64,000 nt of DNA from an uncultured delta proteobacterium (GCA_963727485.1 CAVSGM010000003.1:1-64000); one strand, 5' to 3'; positions 42,570 through 53,183 are shown, counted from the first letter of the stretch. Program-made: numbers and translations. Notes: generated by a model from the letters alone, not told the origin.

Positions 42570-44158
42570 ATGGACTGCGACTACCTCATCGTCGGCTCGG
42601 GCTTCGGGGGCAGCGTCAGCGGCCTGCGCCTGGTGGAGAAGGGCTACAAGGTCCTGATGCTGGAGAAGGGCCGGCGCTTCGGCCCCGAGGACTTCCCCGA
42701 GACCAACTGGGACCTCAAGCGCTGGCTGTGGCGCCCGGAGGTCGGGTGGCGCGGCCTGTTCAAGATGACCTTCCTCCGCCACGTCACCGTGCTCTCCGGG
42801 GTCGGCGTCGGGGGCGGGTCGCTGGTCTACGCCAACACCCTCCCGGTCCCCGAGGACGACTTCTTCGAGTCGGCGAGCTGGGCCCACCTGGACCAGTGGA
42901 AGGACGCCCTCGCCCCCCACTACCAGACCGCCCGCCGGATGCTCGGCGCCGTCACGAACCCCAACACCACCTACCCCGACGAGATCATCCGCGAGATCGG
43001 GAAGGACCTCGGCCGCGAGGACACCTTCCGGCCCACCAACGTCGCCGTGTACTTCGGGACGCCGGGGACCACCGTCCCCGACCCGTTCTTCGACGGCGAG
43101 GGCCCCGAGCGCGCCGGGTGCATCCAGTGCGGCGGGTGCATGCTCGGCTGCCGCTACAACGCCAAGAACACCCTGGACAAGAACTACCTCTACCTCGCCG
43201 AGAAGAAGGGCCTCGAGATCCACCCGGACACCGAGGTCACGAACGTCCGGCCCCTCGACGGCGGGGGCTACGAGATCACCGCCCGGGAGGGCGCCTCGCG
43301 CTTCGGCCGGCAGACCCGGACCTTCACCGCCGGCAACGTGATCTTCTCCGGCGGGGTCCTCGGGACCGTGCCGCTCCTCCTCCAGCTCAAGGACGACCCC
43401 GAGGCGCTGCCGAGGCTCTCCGATCGCCTCGGCGACTTCGTGCGCACCAACTCCGAGGCGCTCCTCGGCGTCGTCACCCGCAGGCGCGACCGGGACCTCT
43501 CCCAGGGCATCGCCATCGGCTCCATCGTCCACACCGACGACCACAGCCACCTGGAGCCGGTGCGCTACCCGGCGGGCGCCGGCTTCTTCCGCCTCATGGG
43601 CACCCCCCACTCCCGGGGTCGACCCTCCCCGGGCGCCTGTGGAGCGCCTTCAAGGCCGCGGTCCGCCACCCCTTGAGGCTCCTCGGCGCCTACCTCGTCC
43701 CCGACTGGGCCAAGTACACGATGATCCTCCTCTACATGCGGACGCTCGAGGGGCACCTGTCCATTCGCCTCGGCCGCAGCCTCCGCTCCGCCTTCGGGCG
43801 CGGCCTCGTGACCCGGGTCGACGCCGGCACCGCGCCCACCGCCTCCATCCCCGAGGCCACCGACCTCGCCCATAGGGTCGCCGAGAAGATCGACGGCGTC
43901 CCCATGAGCCTCGCCCCGGAGACGATCTTCGGCACCCCGACCACGGCCCACATCCTCGGGGGCTGCGCCATGGGCGCCGACGCCTCCGAGGGGGTCATCG
44001 ACGCCCGGCACCGGGTGTTCGGCTACGACGGGCTCTTTGTCATCGACGGCTCGGCGATATCCGCCAACCCCGGGGTGAACCCGTCGCTGACCATCACCGC
44101 GCTGGCCGAGCGGGCCATGACCTTCATCCCCGAGAAGGGCGCCGGCGACGCCCCGTAG
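42570..44158 (+). CDS. Cholesterol oxidase-like (ChoD-type) GMC oxidoreductase; frameshift at ~43610
   Basis: IVGSGFGGSVS, GVGGGSLVYAN, CIQCGGCMLGCRYNAKNTLDKNYL, TAHILGG, ANPGVNPSLTI. Confidence 0.88.
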
Positions 44159-44193
44159 GACGCCGCCGGCGGGCCCGGTTCAGGGGGCGGGCG

Positions 44194-46464
44194 CTACTGG
44201 CAGGACGCCGTGTTCCTTGTGGAGCAGACGCTGCTGCTGCCGCCACCGGTTACGACGATCACGCAGCACGAGCTCCCCGACTGGTTGCACCGGTTGCACA
44301 TCCCAGAGCTGTTGCAGTAGCCGCTGGCGCCGCAGTCCGTCAGGTTGCAGGCCGTGCCGGCCGGCGCGGTCCCGCGGTTGCACCCGCCGCTGCCGTCACA
44401 CGTGGCGGTCTGGCAGGTCCCAGGGACGCAGGTGTAGGCCGTGCCGGCGCAGGTCCCGCCGGTGCACACGTCGTTCTTGGTGCACGCGTTCCCGTCGTCG
44501 CAGGTGGTGCCGTTGGTGACGCTCGACCAGCTCGTGGTGGAGATCGACGGGGCGCACACCTGGCAGGCGTTGCTGGGGTTGGCGGTGGTGGCGGTGTAGT
44601 AGCTGCCGCTGATGTAGCAGCCGGTCTTGCAGGTCCCGCTGGTGCACACCTGGCCCGCCCCGCAGCTCGTCCCGTTCGGGGAGCTCGGGTAGGTGCAGGT
44701 GCCGGAGGTGGTGTTGCAGGTGGCGCCGTTGGTGGTGTGGCAGGTGGTCGGCGCGTTGCAGCTCACCGGGGCGGTGGTCTGCTGGCAGGTGCCGGTCTGG
44801 CAGGTGTTCACGCCGTTGCAGAGGTTCCCGTCGTCGCAGTTGGTGCCGTTGGACTTGTTGCTCCAGCCGGTGGTGCTGCGGGTCGGGTCACAGACCTGGC
44901 AGACGTTGCTGGGGTTGGTGTTGCCCGAGGCGTAGAGCTGCCCGCCGATGTAGCAGTCGGCGGTGCAGGCGCCCGACCCGTCGCAGACCTTTCCGGAGGC
45001 GCAGGCGGTCCCGGCCGGCTGGTAGGGGTGGCCGCAGGTGCCGTTGGCGTTGCAGAGGTCCTGGGTGCACGCGTTCCCGTCGCTGGCGCAGGCATCGCCG
45101 GTGGTGCTCCGGGAGCAGCTCGCGGTGTTGGTGGAGTTGCTCCCGGCGCAGGTCCCGGCGCTGCAGGCGTAGGTGGTGCAGGTCTGGGACTTGGTGCCGG
45201 TCTGGGTGCAGGTGTTGGCGTAGGTGCAGCTGCCGTAGGCGCCGCAGGAGCCGCTCCGGCAGGTGGTGCCGTCCGCCACGTTCGACCATCCGGTGGTGCT
45301 CGTCGCCGGGTCGCAGACCTCGCAGTTGTTGGCCGGGTTGCCGGCGGCGCCGGCCACGAGCTGGCCGTTGATCAAGCAGTCCGACACGCAGGTGCCGGTC
45401 GCGTTGCAGATCTGGCCGCTGGCGCAGGCGGTCCCGGCCGACCTGGCCGCGTGGGTGCAGGTGCCGCTGGTGCAGACGTCGCTGGTGCAGGCGTTTCCAT
45501 CGCTGGCACAGGCGGTGCCGTCCGTCACGCTGCTCCAGGCGCTGGCGCTGGTGGCCACGTTGCAGGCCTGGCAGGCGTTGTTGGGGTTGGCCTGGCCGTC
45601 CGGGTGGAAGGTGCCGTTGATGGTGCAGCCCTGGCTGCACTGGCCGCTGCCGTCGCACTGGCCCGAGGTGCCGCAAGCAGTCCCCGCCGACATGGCCGGG
45701 TGGGTGCAGGTGCCGCTGGTGCAGACGTTGGCGGTGCAGTCGTTGCCGTCGCTGGCGCAGGCGGTGTTGTCCGCCGCGAAGCTCCAGGCGGTGGTGCTGG
45801 TGGCCACGGTGCAGACCTGGCAGGCGTCGTTGGGATTGGCCTGGCCGTCCGGGTAGAAGGTCCCGGCGATGGTGCAGCCCTGGCTGCACTGGCCGCTGGC
45901 GTCGCACTGACCCGAGGTGCCGCAGGCGGTGCCCTGGGCGGACGCCGGGTGGCTGCACTGGCCGTTGCCGTCGCACTGGTCGTCGGTGCACGCGTTTCCG
46001 TCGTCAGCGCACGCGGTGCCCGAGGCCGCCGGCGACCAGTCGCCGAGGCTGGTCGCCGGGTCGCAGGCCTGGCAGGCGTTGGTGGGGTCGACGGCGCCGG
46101 CCTGGTAGAACGCGCCGCCGATGAAGCAGCCGCTCTGGCAGCTCCCGCTCGTGCACACGCTGTCGGTGCCACAGGCGGTGCCGTCGGCGCAGGGGCCGCA
46201 GTCGCTGACCGGGGCCGTGCCGCAGGTGGTGCCCCCGTCGGGCTGGCCCGAGGTCGAAGTGGCGCAGGTGCCGCTCTGGCAGGTCAGCCCGCTGTTGCAG
46301 GGGTTGGTGGCGCTGCAGGCCGCGCCCACGCCGTGACCCGCCGCCGGGGGGCTGGGAGGCGTCTGGCCGCAGCCCTGCGCGGCGAGCACGCCGAGGGCGA
46401 GCCCGACCAGGGCCGTGAACGAGATGGAGAGAAGGTGTCCCGACCGGCGCTTCGTGGTGCCCAT
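44194..46464 (-). CDS. Large Cys/Thr-rich repeat (lipo)protein, 756 aa
   Basis: Signal ending AQGC; six CxIxG...NPxNxCQxC...W modules; CDDGNxCT repeats. Confidence 0.85.
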   Translation of the reverse strand: MGTTKRRSGHLLSISFTALVGLALGVLAAQGCGQTPPSPPAAGHGVGAACSATNPCNSGLTCQSGTCATSTSGQPDGGTTCGTAPVSDCGPCADGTACGTDSVCTSGSCQSGCFIGGAFYQAGAVDPTNACQACDPATSLGDWSPAASGTACADDGNACTDDQCDGNGQCSHPASAQGTACGTSGQCDASGQCSQGCTIAGTFYPDGQANPNDACQVCTVATSTTAWSFAADNTACASDGNDCTANVCTSGTCTHPAMSAGTACGTSGQCDGSGQCSQGCTINGTFHPDGQANPNNACQACNVATSASAWSSVTDGTACASDGNACTSDVCTSGTCTHAARSAGTACASGQICNATGTCVSDCLINGQLVAGAAGNPANNCEVCDPATSTTGWSNVADGTTCRSGSCGAYGSCTYANTCTQTGTKSQTCTTYACSAGTCAGSNSTNTASCSRSTTGDACASDGNACTQDLCNANGTCGHPYQPAGTACASGKVCDGSGACTADCYIGGQLYASGNTNPSNVCQVCDPTRSTTGWSNKSNGTNCDDGNLCNGVNTCQTGTCQQTTAPVSCNAPTTCHTTNGATCNTTSGTCTYPSSPNGTSCGAGQVCTSGTCKTGCYISGSYYTATTANPSNACQVCAPSISTTSWSSVTNGTTCDDGNACTKNDVCTGGTCAGTAYTCVPGTCQTATCDGSGGCNRGTAPAGTACNLTDCGASGYCNSSGMCNRCNQSGSSCCVIVVTGGGSSSVCSTRNTASCQ

Positions 46465-46619
46465 GGGCGATTTCCTCTGCCGCTGGAATGTTGCACAAAT
46501 GCTAGAATAACCCTAAAACAAAATACCCATATCAGGTCGGGCCGGGCTCGACAAATGATCCAGGTCAGCAACCGGCGAGGAAGCGCCGATCCTGGACCGG
46601 CGCCGGGGACCCGCGGGCG

Positions 46620-48368
46620 CTAGAGGCACACGCCGGCGACGGGATCGGTGCAGGTGCCGCTGACCGACGAGCAGCACGCCCCCGGCGCCCCCGCGGCGGC
46701 GCAGGCGACACACTCCCCGTCGCGGCAGGCGCCGTCGCTGCAGGCGGCGGGCTCGCAGGCCGCGCCGTCGGGCGCCGGCGTGGAGACGCACCCGCCGCTG
46801 CCGTCGCAGGCGATGGCCTGGACGCAGGTGCCCGGCCGCGCATCGGGGCAGCGGTAGGCCTCTCCCGCGCACCGGCCGTGGTCGCACCGGTCGCCCTCGG
46901 TGCAGGGGTCGCCGTCGTCGCAGGCGGTCCCCGCGGGCGCGCGCAGGTGGTGGCACTTGCCCTTGCCGTCGCAGGTCACCGCGACCTCGCACTCGGTGGG
47001 CGCCGGGCAGCTGTAGGCCCGGCCGCCGCAGACCCCGTCGGTGCACACGTCGTCCCGGGTGCAGGGGTCGCCATCGTCACAGTGGGTGCCGTCGCGCTTG
47101 GGGGTCCCGAGGCAGCCTCCCTGGCCGTCGCAGGCGACCGACTTCTCGCAGGGGTTGTCGGGGCAGGCGTAGGCCTGGCCCGAGCAGGCGCCGCCGCCGC
47201 AGCGGTCGTCGGCCGTGCAGGCGTTCCCGTCGTCGCAGGCGGCGCCGTCCTGGGTGCCCCGGCTGCAGGCCCGGGTCTGAAGGTGGGCGCGGTCGGAGAC
47301 GCAGGTCCCGGCGGCGCACACCAGGGGGGCGCAGCCTCGGGTCTGTTCGCCGTCGCTGGCGCAGGCGTCGGGGAAGACGCAGTCGGACCAGCCCCCGCAC
47401 AGGTCGGCCCCGCACCGCGCCCCGTTGGAGGCGGCGCTCCAGGCGGCGGTGGCGCTCGTCGCCCGGCAGACCTGGCAGGGGTTCTCGGGGTTGGGGGCGC
47501 CGTCGTCGTGGAAGGTGCCCAGGATCACGCACCCGGCGGCGCAGCGGCCGGCGCCGTCGCAGATGCGGCCCCCGGCCCCGCAGGCGGTGCCGGCGGGGCC
47601 GGGCGACCAGGTGGTGGGGCTCCGCGTGGTGTCGCAGCGCTGGCAGGCATTCGCCGGGTTCGGGGCGCCGTCGGCGACCCCCACGCCCTGGATGAGGCAG
47701 CGGGCGCTGCAGGTGCCCGCTCCGTCGCAGGCCCCCAGCTCGCCGCAGGGCGCGCCGGCGCTCGCCGCCTCGTGCCCACAGGTCCCCGCGACGCACCGGT
47801 CCACGGTGCAGGGGTTCCCGTCGTCGGGGCAGGCGGTGCCGTCGGCGTCCACGGTCCAGGCGGCGGTGTCGACGCGGACGTCGCAGCGCTGGCAGGGGTC
47901 TTCGGGGTCGGGGTCGCCGTCGGCGTGGAGCACCCCGGCGATGAGGCAGGCGGCGGCGCAGGCCCCGCCGCTGCACACCCCGTCCGCGCAGGGCGTGCCC
48001 TCGGGGACCGGCGAGAACCGGGTCGTCGACCGCGCCGGGTCGCAGACCAGGCAGCGGTCCGCCGGATCCTCCTCGTCCGCCGCGAACACCGCTGCGTCCA
48101 CCAGGCAGCCGGGCAGGCACCGGCCGCCGCCGCAGAGGCACTGGCCGCCGCGGCAGGCCGCGGTGCCGTCGTCGCAGGCGGTGCCGTCGTCACAGGTCCC
48201 GCACGCCGCCACCGGGACCACCTCGCAGGTCGCCCCACCGTCCTCGCCCCCGTCGGCGGGGTGGTGGATGGTCGGCAGGGCGCAGGCCCCGACCAGGACG
48301 AGGACCGTCGCCCACAGGACCGGGACGGTCCGGGTCCTCTCACGCACCAGACTTCGCGTCGGCTCCAT
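46620..48368 (-). CDS. Cys-rich repeat lipoprotein, 582 aa
   Basis: Lipobox LVGAC; same module family (PxNxCQxC...W; CDDGDPCT). Confidence 0.8.
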   Translation of the reverse strand: MEPTRSLVRERTRTVPVLWATVLVLVGACALPTIHHPADGGEDGGATCEVVPVAACGTCDDGTACDDGTAACRGGQCLCGGGRCLPGCLVDAAVFAADEEDPADRCLVCDPARSTTRFSPVPEGTPCADGVCSGGACAAACLIAGVLHADGDPDPEDPCQRCDVRVDTAAWTVDADGTACPDDGNPCTVDRCVAGTCGHEAASAGAPCGELGACDGAGTCSARCLIQGVGVADGAPNPANACQRCDTTRSPTTWSPGPAGTACGAGGRICDGAGRCAAGCVILGTFHDDGAPNPENPCQVCRATSATAAWSAASNGARCGADLCGGWSDCVFPDACASDGEQTRGCAPLVCAAGTCVSDRAHLQTRACSRGTQDGAACDDGNACTADDRCGGGACSGQAYACPDNPCEKSVACDGQGGCLGTPKRDGTHCDDGDPCTRDDVCTDGVCGGRAYSCPAPTECEVAVTCDGKGKCHHLRAPAGTACDDGDPCTEGDRCDHGRCAGEAYRCPDARPGTCVQAIACDGSGGCVSTPAPDGAACEPAACSDGACRDGECVACAAAGAPGACCSSVSGTCTDPVAGVCL

Positions 48369-48467
48369 CGCCCCCCCGGGTCTACGGGGAGGTAGGCGCG
48401 CCCTACGGCGGCCGCCAGCCGGGCGAACCCCTCAGGGAAGCGCTCCTCTGGGGGACATCGCCGGGTG

Positions 48468-49667
48468 TTAGAAGGGCAGGCGCCCGGCGGCCACGACCAT
48501 GGCGCCCCCGGGCACCGGCGCCACCGAGAGGGCCGCGTCGGGGCCCGAGGCCGGCGCGGCCTGCCCGTGGCCCACCAGGAGCAGGACGCCCCCGGCCACC
48601 GCCAGGGCCCCGCCGCCGATGAAGAGCCCGGTGGCGAGCTGGGCGTGGGCGACGGCCGCGGCGCCCACCTGCTGGGCGTGGGTCGAGGAGCCGAGCTTCG
48701 TCGGGTCCCCGTTGTAGAGGGCGGCCTCGTTCTGGGCCTGGACCTCGAAGAGGGTCCCGGCACCGAGGGCCACCACCCCGGCGCCTCCGGCGATCCAGCC
48801 GGCGAGCATCAGGCCGTGGCCCGGGTGGGGCGCGGGCGGCGCGGTGGCGCCGGGCGGGGCGCGGTGCGCCGCGGTGGACGCGGTGGCGCCGGGCGGGGCG
48901 CGGTGCGCCGCGGCGGGGTGGGACGCCGGTGGGGGGGCGACGGCGAGCTCCCCGTGGGCGCCGTGCGCCGCCGGCGACGCCTCGGCCTTCGGCGGCCCGG
49001 GGAGCGCCAGCATCTTCGGCGCCGCCCGGCTCCCGGCGTGGGCGATGGCGAAGCCCGCGGCGTTCTCGGCGGTGACCGCCGCGTCCACGGCCTGGCCCGC
49101 GCCCCCTGGCACCTTCGCCACGAAGTGCCCCTCCCCGCGGCGCGACACCGCGGGGGTCTGCCAGGCGCCGCCGGGGAGGCGCACCGAGAGCACCACCCGG
49201 TGGATCCGGTGCCCCGGGTCGCGGGCGGTGATCACCAGCTCCCCGGGGGCGCCCGCGGGCGCCGAGAGGGCGAGGCTCACCGGCGACAGGTGGAGCCCGG
49301 CCCGGGCGGCCTGCACCGCCCCGGCGAGCTTGGGCGAGAGGTCCGGGGGCGCCGACCACCCGGGGTTCAGGGTCAGCGCCTCGGCGAGGGCCCGCCGGGC
49401 CATTCGCCCCTGGCCCAGGATCACCAGGCACCAGCCCTCGCCGAGGAGGGCCTGGAAGCGCTGGGGCCCGGTGAGGTCCCGGGCCTTCAGGGCCCGGCGG
49501 TAGGCGCGCAGGGCCTTGGCGTACGCGAGGTTCCCGTAGAGGCCCTTGGCGGTGGCCAGGCGCCTGGCCGCCACCGGCCCGCCGGCGTCCCCGGCCCGGG
49601 CCAGGTTCGGACCGAGGGCCAGGGACACGGTGAGGGCGAGGGCTGCGGCGCGGACGAGGGGACGCAT
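48468..49667 (-). CDS. Secreted TPR-like protein with hydrophobic C-terminal region
   Basis: Signal peptide ending ARA; helical repeats (YAKALRAY...ALTLNP...LSPK); P/A linker with a duplicated AAHRAPPGATA; TM-like segments; terminal Phe. Confidence 0.7.
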   Translation of the reverse strand: MRPLVRAAALALTVSLALGPNLARAGDAGGPVAARRLATAKGLYGNLAYAKALRAYRRALKARDLTGPQRFQALLGEGWCLVILGQGRMARRALAEALTLNPGWSAPPDLSPKLAGAVQAARAGLHLSPVSLALSAPAGAPGELVITARDPGHRIHRVVLSVRLPGGAWQTPAVSRRGEGHFVAKVPGGAGQAVDAAVTAENAAGFAIAHAGSRAAPKMLALPGPPKAEASPAAHGAHGELAVAPPPASHPAAAHRAPPGATASTAAHRAPPGATAPPAPHPGHGLMLAGWIAGGAGVVALGAGTLFEVQAQNEAALYNGDPTKLGSSTHAQQVGAAAVAHAQLATGLFIGGGALAVAGGVLLLVGHGQAAPASGPDAALSVAPVPGGAMVVAAGRLPF

Positions 49668-49726
49668 GGGGGACGGATCCTAACAGGACTCCCGCTGCCG
49701 GTCGCCTTCCCGGCCGGGGACGGGTC

Positions 49727-50971
49727 CTACTCGCGGACGACTTCCACCCGTCGGTTCTGGGAGCGACCCGCTTCGGTGCTGTTGCTGGCGACCGGGCGGC
49801 TGGCGCCGAAGCCCTGGGTGCGCAGCCGTGACGCCGAGATGCCCGCCTTGACCAGGTCGTCCTTGACCGCGGCCGCGCGTTGCTCCGAGAGCCCCTGGTT
49901 GTGGGCCTTCCCGCCGGTGTCGTCGGTGTGCCCCTCGATGAGGAACTTCCAGGCCGGGTGCGCCTTGGCCGTGGCCACCAGCTCGTCGAGGGTGGTCTTG
50001 GACTCGGCCTTCAGGCGGGCGGAGTCCGTGTCGAAGAGGATGCCGTAGAGGCGCGCGCGTCCCTGGCTGGCGAGCTGCGCTTCGACGGCATTGCCACCGG
50101 GCTTCCAATGGGGGCAGGTGCCGACCTGGTGTGACACGCGCTTGCCGTTCCAGACACCATCGAAGCGCTTGTTGCCCGTGTAGGCCCAGAAGCCGCGGAA
50201 GGACTTGCCGTCGGCGGGAAAGATCAGGATGGCCGGCCCGGTGACGTAGTGACCCTTCTTGCCCTCGCGCCAGGTGAAGCGCAACACGCGGCCATCGAAC
50301 CCGCCGTTCTCGATCACGCCTTGCTTGTGCTCGTAGCAGCCGGACACGGTCGCCCCGAGCTGCTGCAGGTGGAAGAGGCCGAAGTCGGAGGTGAAGGTCC
50401 CGGTGTTGTCGGGCGGCGGCGTGTGGGTGAGCTGCCGGCCGAGCGCCGAGAACTCCATCAGCTCGTTGTACTGCGGGTCCCCCCAGTTATCGACGAGGGT
50501 GAGGCGCAGGTAGCGGCCGGTGGCCGGCTTCTTCAGGGTGAAGGTCTGGCCGTCCTTCCGCTTGTCCAGGGTGGCGCTGAGGATCCGGACGTACCCGGAG
50601 TCCTGGTGCGCGGAGATCTCGACGCGCACGTGCCTGGCGGATCGCGTCGGACGCTCGGTGTGGGCGGTGTCGAAGACCAGGCGGTCGATGCGGCTGCGTT
50701 CGGCGAGCTCGAAGACGAAGGTCTTGGGCGTCAGATCGCCCGCTGGCGACGCCCAGCCGGTGTTCGGATCCTCGTCCTGCAGGTCCATCGGGGCCCAGTT
50801 GCCCGGGGCCGTGCCGTAGGACGGTGGCCGCTTCACCGCCAGGGTCCCGGCCCCCAGGGCCAGGAGGTTCGTCGACTTGGCCGGCGGGGTCCCTGCCGTC
50901 GCCGGCGAGGCCACAATCAGGAGAACGCCAACGAGCACGCCGCCAATTGCGTCACGGAGCAAAGGCTTCAC
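49727..50971 (-). CDS. OmpA-like peptidoglycan-binding protein with N-terminal discoidin (F5/8C)-like domain
   Basis: IEGHTD...NQGLSEQRA...GFGASRP...NRRVE; DEDPNTGWAS...GRYLRLT...ELMEF. Confidence 0.85.
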   Translation of the reverse strand: MKPLLRDAIGGVLVGVLLIVASPATAGTPPAKSTNLLALGAGTLAVKRPPSYGTAPGNWAPMDLQDEDPNTGWASPAGDLTPKTFVFELAERSRIDRLVFDTAHTERPTRSARHVRVEISAHQDSGYVRILSATLDKRKDGQTFTLKKPATGRYLRLTLVDNWGDPQYNELMEFSALGRQLTHTPPPDNTGTFTSDFGLFHLQQLGATVSGCYEHKQGVIENGGFDGRVLRFTWREGKKGHYVTGPAILIFPADGKSFRGFWAYTGNKRFDGVWNGKRVSHQVGTCPHWKPGGNAVEAQLASQGRARLYGILFDTDSARLKAESKTTLDELVATAKAHPAWKFLIEGHTDDTGGKAHNQGLSEQRAAAVKDDLVKAGISASRLRTQGFGASRPVASNSTEAGRSQNRRVEVVRE

Positions 50972-50989
50972 GGGCCACCCCCTCTTGGA

Positions 50990-53137
50990 TCAGTGAAACG
51001 ACATCGGCCTCAACGGCACGGAGCGAGACGAAGCCTGGCAGGACGCCCGCGGCCGGGCGTCCATCCGGCCGGGGCCGCGCCCCCGGCGGCGGCGCAGGGC
51101 CACCGCCAGCAGGAGGAACGCCACGGCGCCGGCGGGCCCCGAGCCGGCGGGCCCCGAGGAGGTGGCCGCGCAGCCGCACCCGGGCCCGGCGCCGGCCCCG
51201 GTGGCCCCGGTGCCTCCGTCGGCCGCGAGGCCGCCGTCCCCGGTCCCGGCGGTCGATCCGCCGTCGCCCGAGCCGGCCGTCGACCCGCCGTCGCTCGAGC
51301 CGGCCGTCGACCCGCCGTCGCCGACCCCGCCGTCGCTGCCGCCGGTGGTCTGCTGCCCCTGGCCCACCAGGGTGGCGACGCCGTAGCCGGGCACGGTCAC
51401 CGACACCGTGCCCCCGCTGGCGGTGGCCGAGGCCTGCTGCCACAGGGCCCCGTCGCTGGAGGTGGTCACCGCAAAGTCCGTGAGCCCCGCCGGATCCGCG
51501 GGCACCGCCACGTCCACCTGCGCCGCGGTGTCCGAGGCGTTGATGAGCTCGACCACCAGGGTCGAGGTGGCGTCGTCGAGGTAGGTGCTCGCCGAGAGGG
51601 TGCTGCTCCCGCTCACTGCGGTGGCCACCCGCACCGAGCCGGGGCGGATGAAGCGGAAGAAGTGCTTGGCGGCGACGTACTTGGGCGAGGTGTCGAGGGC
51701 GGTGGCGTCGGTGAGGGTCTCCCCCGCCACCGGCTTGCCGTCGGTGAGCTGCCAGTAGACCCAGGCGCTCTCGTCGCCGGTGGTCAGCGCCTGCTCAATC
51801 TCGAGCGCCACCCCGAAGGCGCCCTTCCCGGGGAAGCCGGTCGCAGGCGAAAGCCACGCGGTCTGCTCCCCACTGGTCTCGGTCATCCAGCTCTTCTTCC
51901 CGTACGCCGAGAAGCCCTTCAGCGTCGCCGGGAGGCCCGCGGCGGGGCTCTGGGTCCACCCGTCGCGCCACCACTGCCACTGGGTGGGGGCGGCGCCGGC
52001 GCTGGCGACCCCGTCGGGGGCGTAGCCGTGGATGCAGAAGAACGAGAGGTCCTTCGCCGCCACCGGGTCGGCGTCGATGGCCTCGAGGATCTTGAGGTTC
52101 TTGTCGGTGGCGGTGGCGCCGCCGCCGTACTGCCACATCCCGTAGGGGCCGCCGCCGAGGAGGTCCTCGGGCCCCATGATCTTGATGTCCTTGAGGTCGG
52201 GGTAGGCGTCGAGCTCGGCCCGCGCCGCCTCGAGCACCTTGAGGTACGCCGCCGCCTGGGGGTAGCTGCAGGAGTTGTAGAACTCCTCGAAGCCCAGCTC
52301 GTTCTGGAGGCTCACCGCGTAGAACTTCACCCCGTAGGTGTCCTGGAAGCCCCGGAGCCAGGCGGCGAGCGACCGGGCGTACTGGGTCAGGGCGCTGGTG
52401 GGCCCGGTGCCGCCGAGGGCGCTGTCGTCGAACTCGGCCCGCGGGGTCCCCGAGGTGTCGAGGTGGCCCCCGGCGAAGTTCCCGCCCCAGATGAAGGGCC
52501 AGGGCGTCCCGTTCTTCGGCAGCGGGTCCGACTGGTTCTGGATGCTGTTCCCGCTCAAGACCTTGAGCCACGGCGCCGGCGACCACATGGAGCCGATGAG
52601 CTTGAAGTCGCCGAGCTTCGCCTTCAGCGAGGTGCCCATCGCCGCCACCGTGCCCTCGGTGAGCGGCCCCGGGGCCCCGAAGTCGAAGTCCTTGAGGTTC
52701 TGGTCGATGTCCGGGCCCATCACCGCGATGGGCGCCGAGTGGCCGCCGAAGCTGCGGGTGTAGTCGGCGGCGCCGGTGTAGGTGCGCACGTTGTTCCCGT
52801 CGGGGCCCGGGAGGGCGAGGGGCGCCGCCTGCCCGAACCAGGGCGAGACGTAGCGCAGGTCCGACCAGGGCGAGGCGAACACCGGGGTGATGTCGACCCG
52901 GAGGATCGAGGCCTTCAGGTCGTCGAAGTAGAGGTGCTGCCACCAGCTCTGCTGGCCCTCCTTCCCCGAGAGGCAGGTGCCGAAGCCGTCGAGGGTCTGG
53001 CGCCGACCCGCGGCGCTGGTGTCCGGGGTGACCGTGACCTGCTGGGCCCATGCCGGGCCCGCCGTCGCCAGCGCCACCAGCACCGGCACCCATCGCCAGA
53101 CCCCGGGCCGCGTCGCCCCCGTCCCCGTCGCCCGCAT
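50990..53137 (-). CDS. Secreted GH30-like glycoside hydrolase with MYXO-CTERM sorting signal
   Basis: QTLDGFG, WSPAPWLK, SLQNE (acid/base), IHGY, SWMTETSG (nucleophile), RFIRPGSVRV; tail GCGCAA...AVAFLLLAVALRRRR. Confidence 0.8.
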   Translation of the reverse strand: MRATGTGATRPGVWRWVPVLVALATAGPAWAQQVTVTPDTSAAGRRQTLDGFGTCLSGKEGQQSWWQHLYFDDLKASILRVDITPVFASPWSDLRYVSPWFGQAAPLALPGPDGNNVRTYTGAADYTRSFGGHSAPIAVMGPDIDQNLKDFDFGAPGPLTEGTVAAMGTSLKAKLGDFKLIGSMWSPAPWLKVLSGNSIQNQSDPLPKNGTPWPFIWGGNFAGGHLDTSGTPRAEFDDSALGGTGPTSALTQYARSLAAWLRGFQDTYGVKFYAVSLQNELGFEEFYNSCSYPQAAAYLKVLEAARAELDAYPDLKDIKIMGPEDLLGGGPYGMWQYGGGATATDKNLKILEAIDADPVAAKDLSFFCIHGYAPDGVASAGAAPTQWQWWRDGWTQSPAAGLPATLKGFSAYGKKSWMTETSGEQTAWLSPATGFPGKGAFGVALEIEQALTTGDESAWVYWQLTDGKPVAGETLTDATALDTSPKYVAAKHFFRFIRPGSVRVATAVSGSSTLSASTYLDDATSTLVVELINASDTAAQVDVAVPADPAGLTDFAVTTSSDGALWQQASATASGGTVSVTVPGYGVATLVGQGQQTTGGSDGGVGDGGSTAGSSDGGSTAGSGDGGSTAGTGDGGLAADGGTGATGAGAGPGCGCAATSSGPAGSGPAGAVAFLLLAVALRRRRGRGPGRMDARPRASCQASSRSVPLRPMSFH

Positions 53138-53183
53138 CGTCCCCTCCCCGGTCGCTTTGACCCCCAGGGGGCCGACCGTTAGC

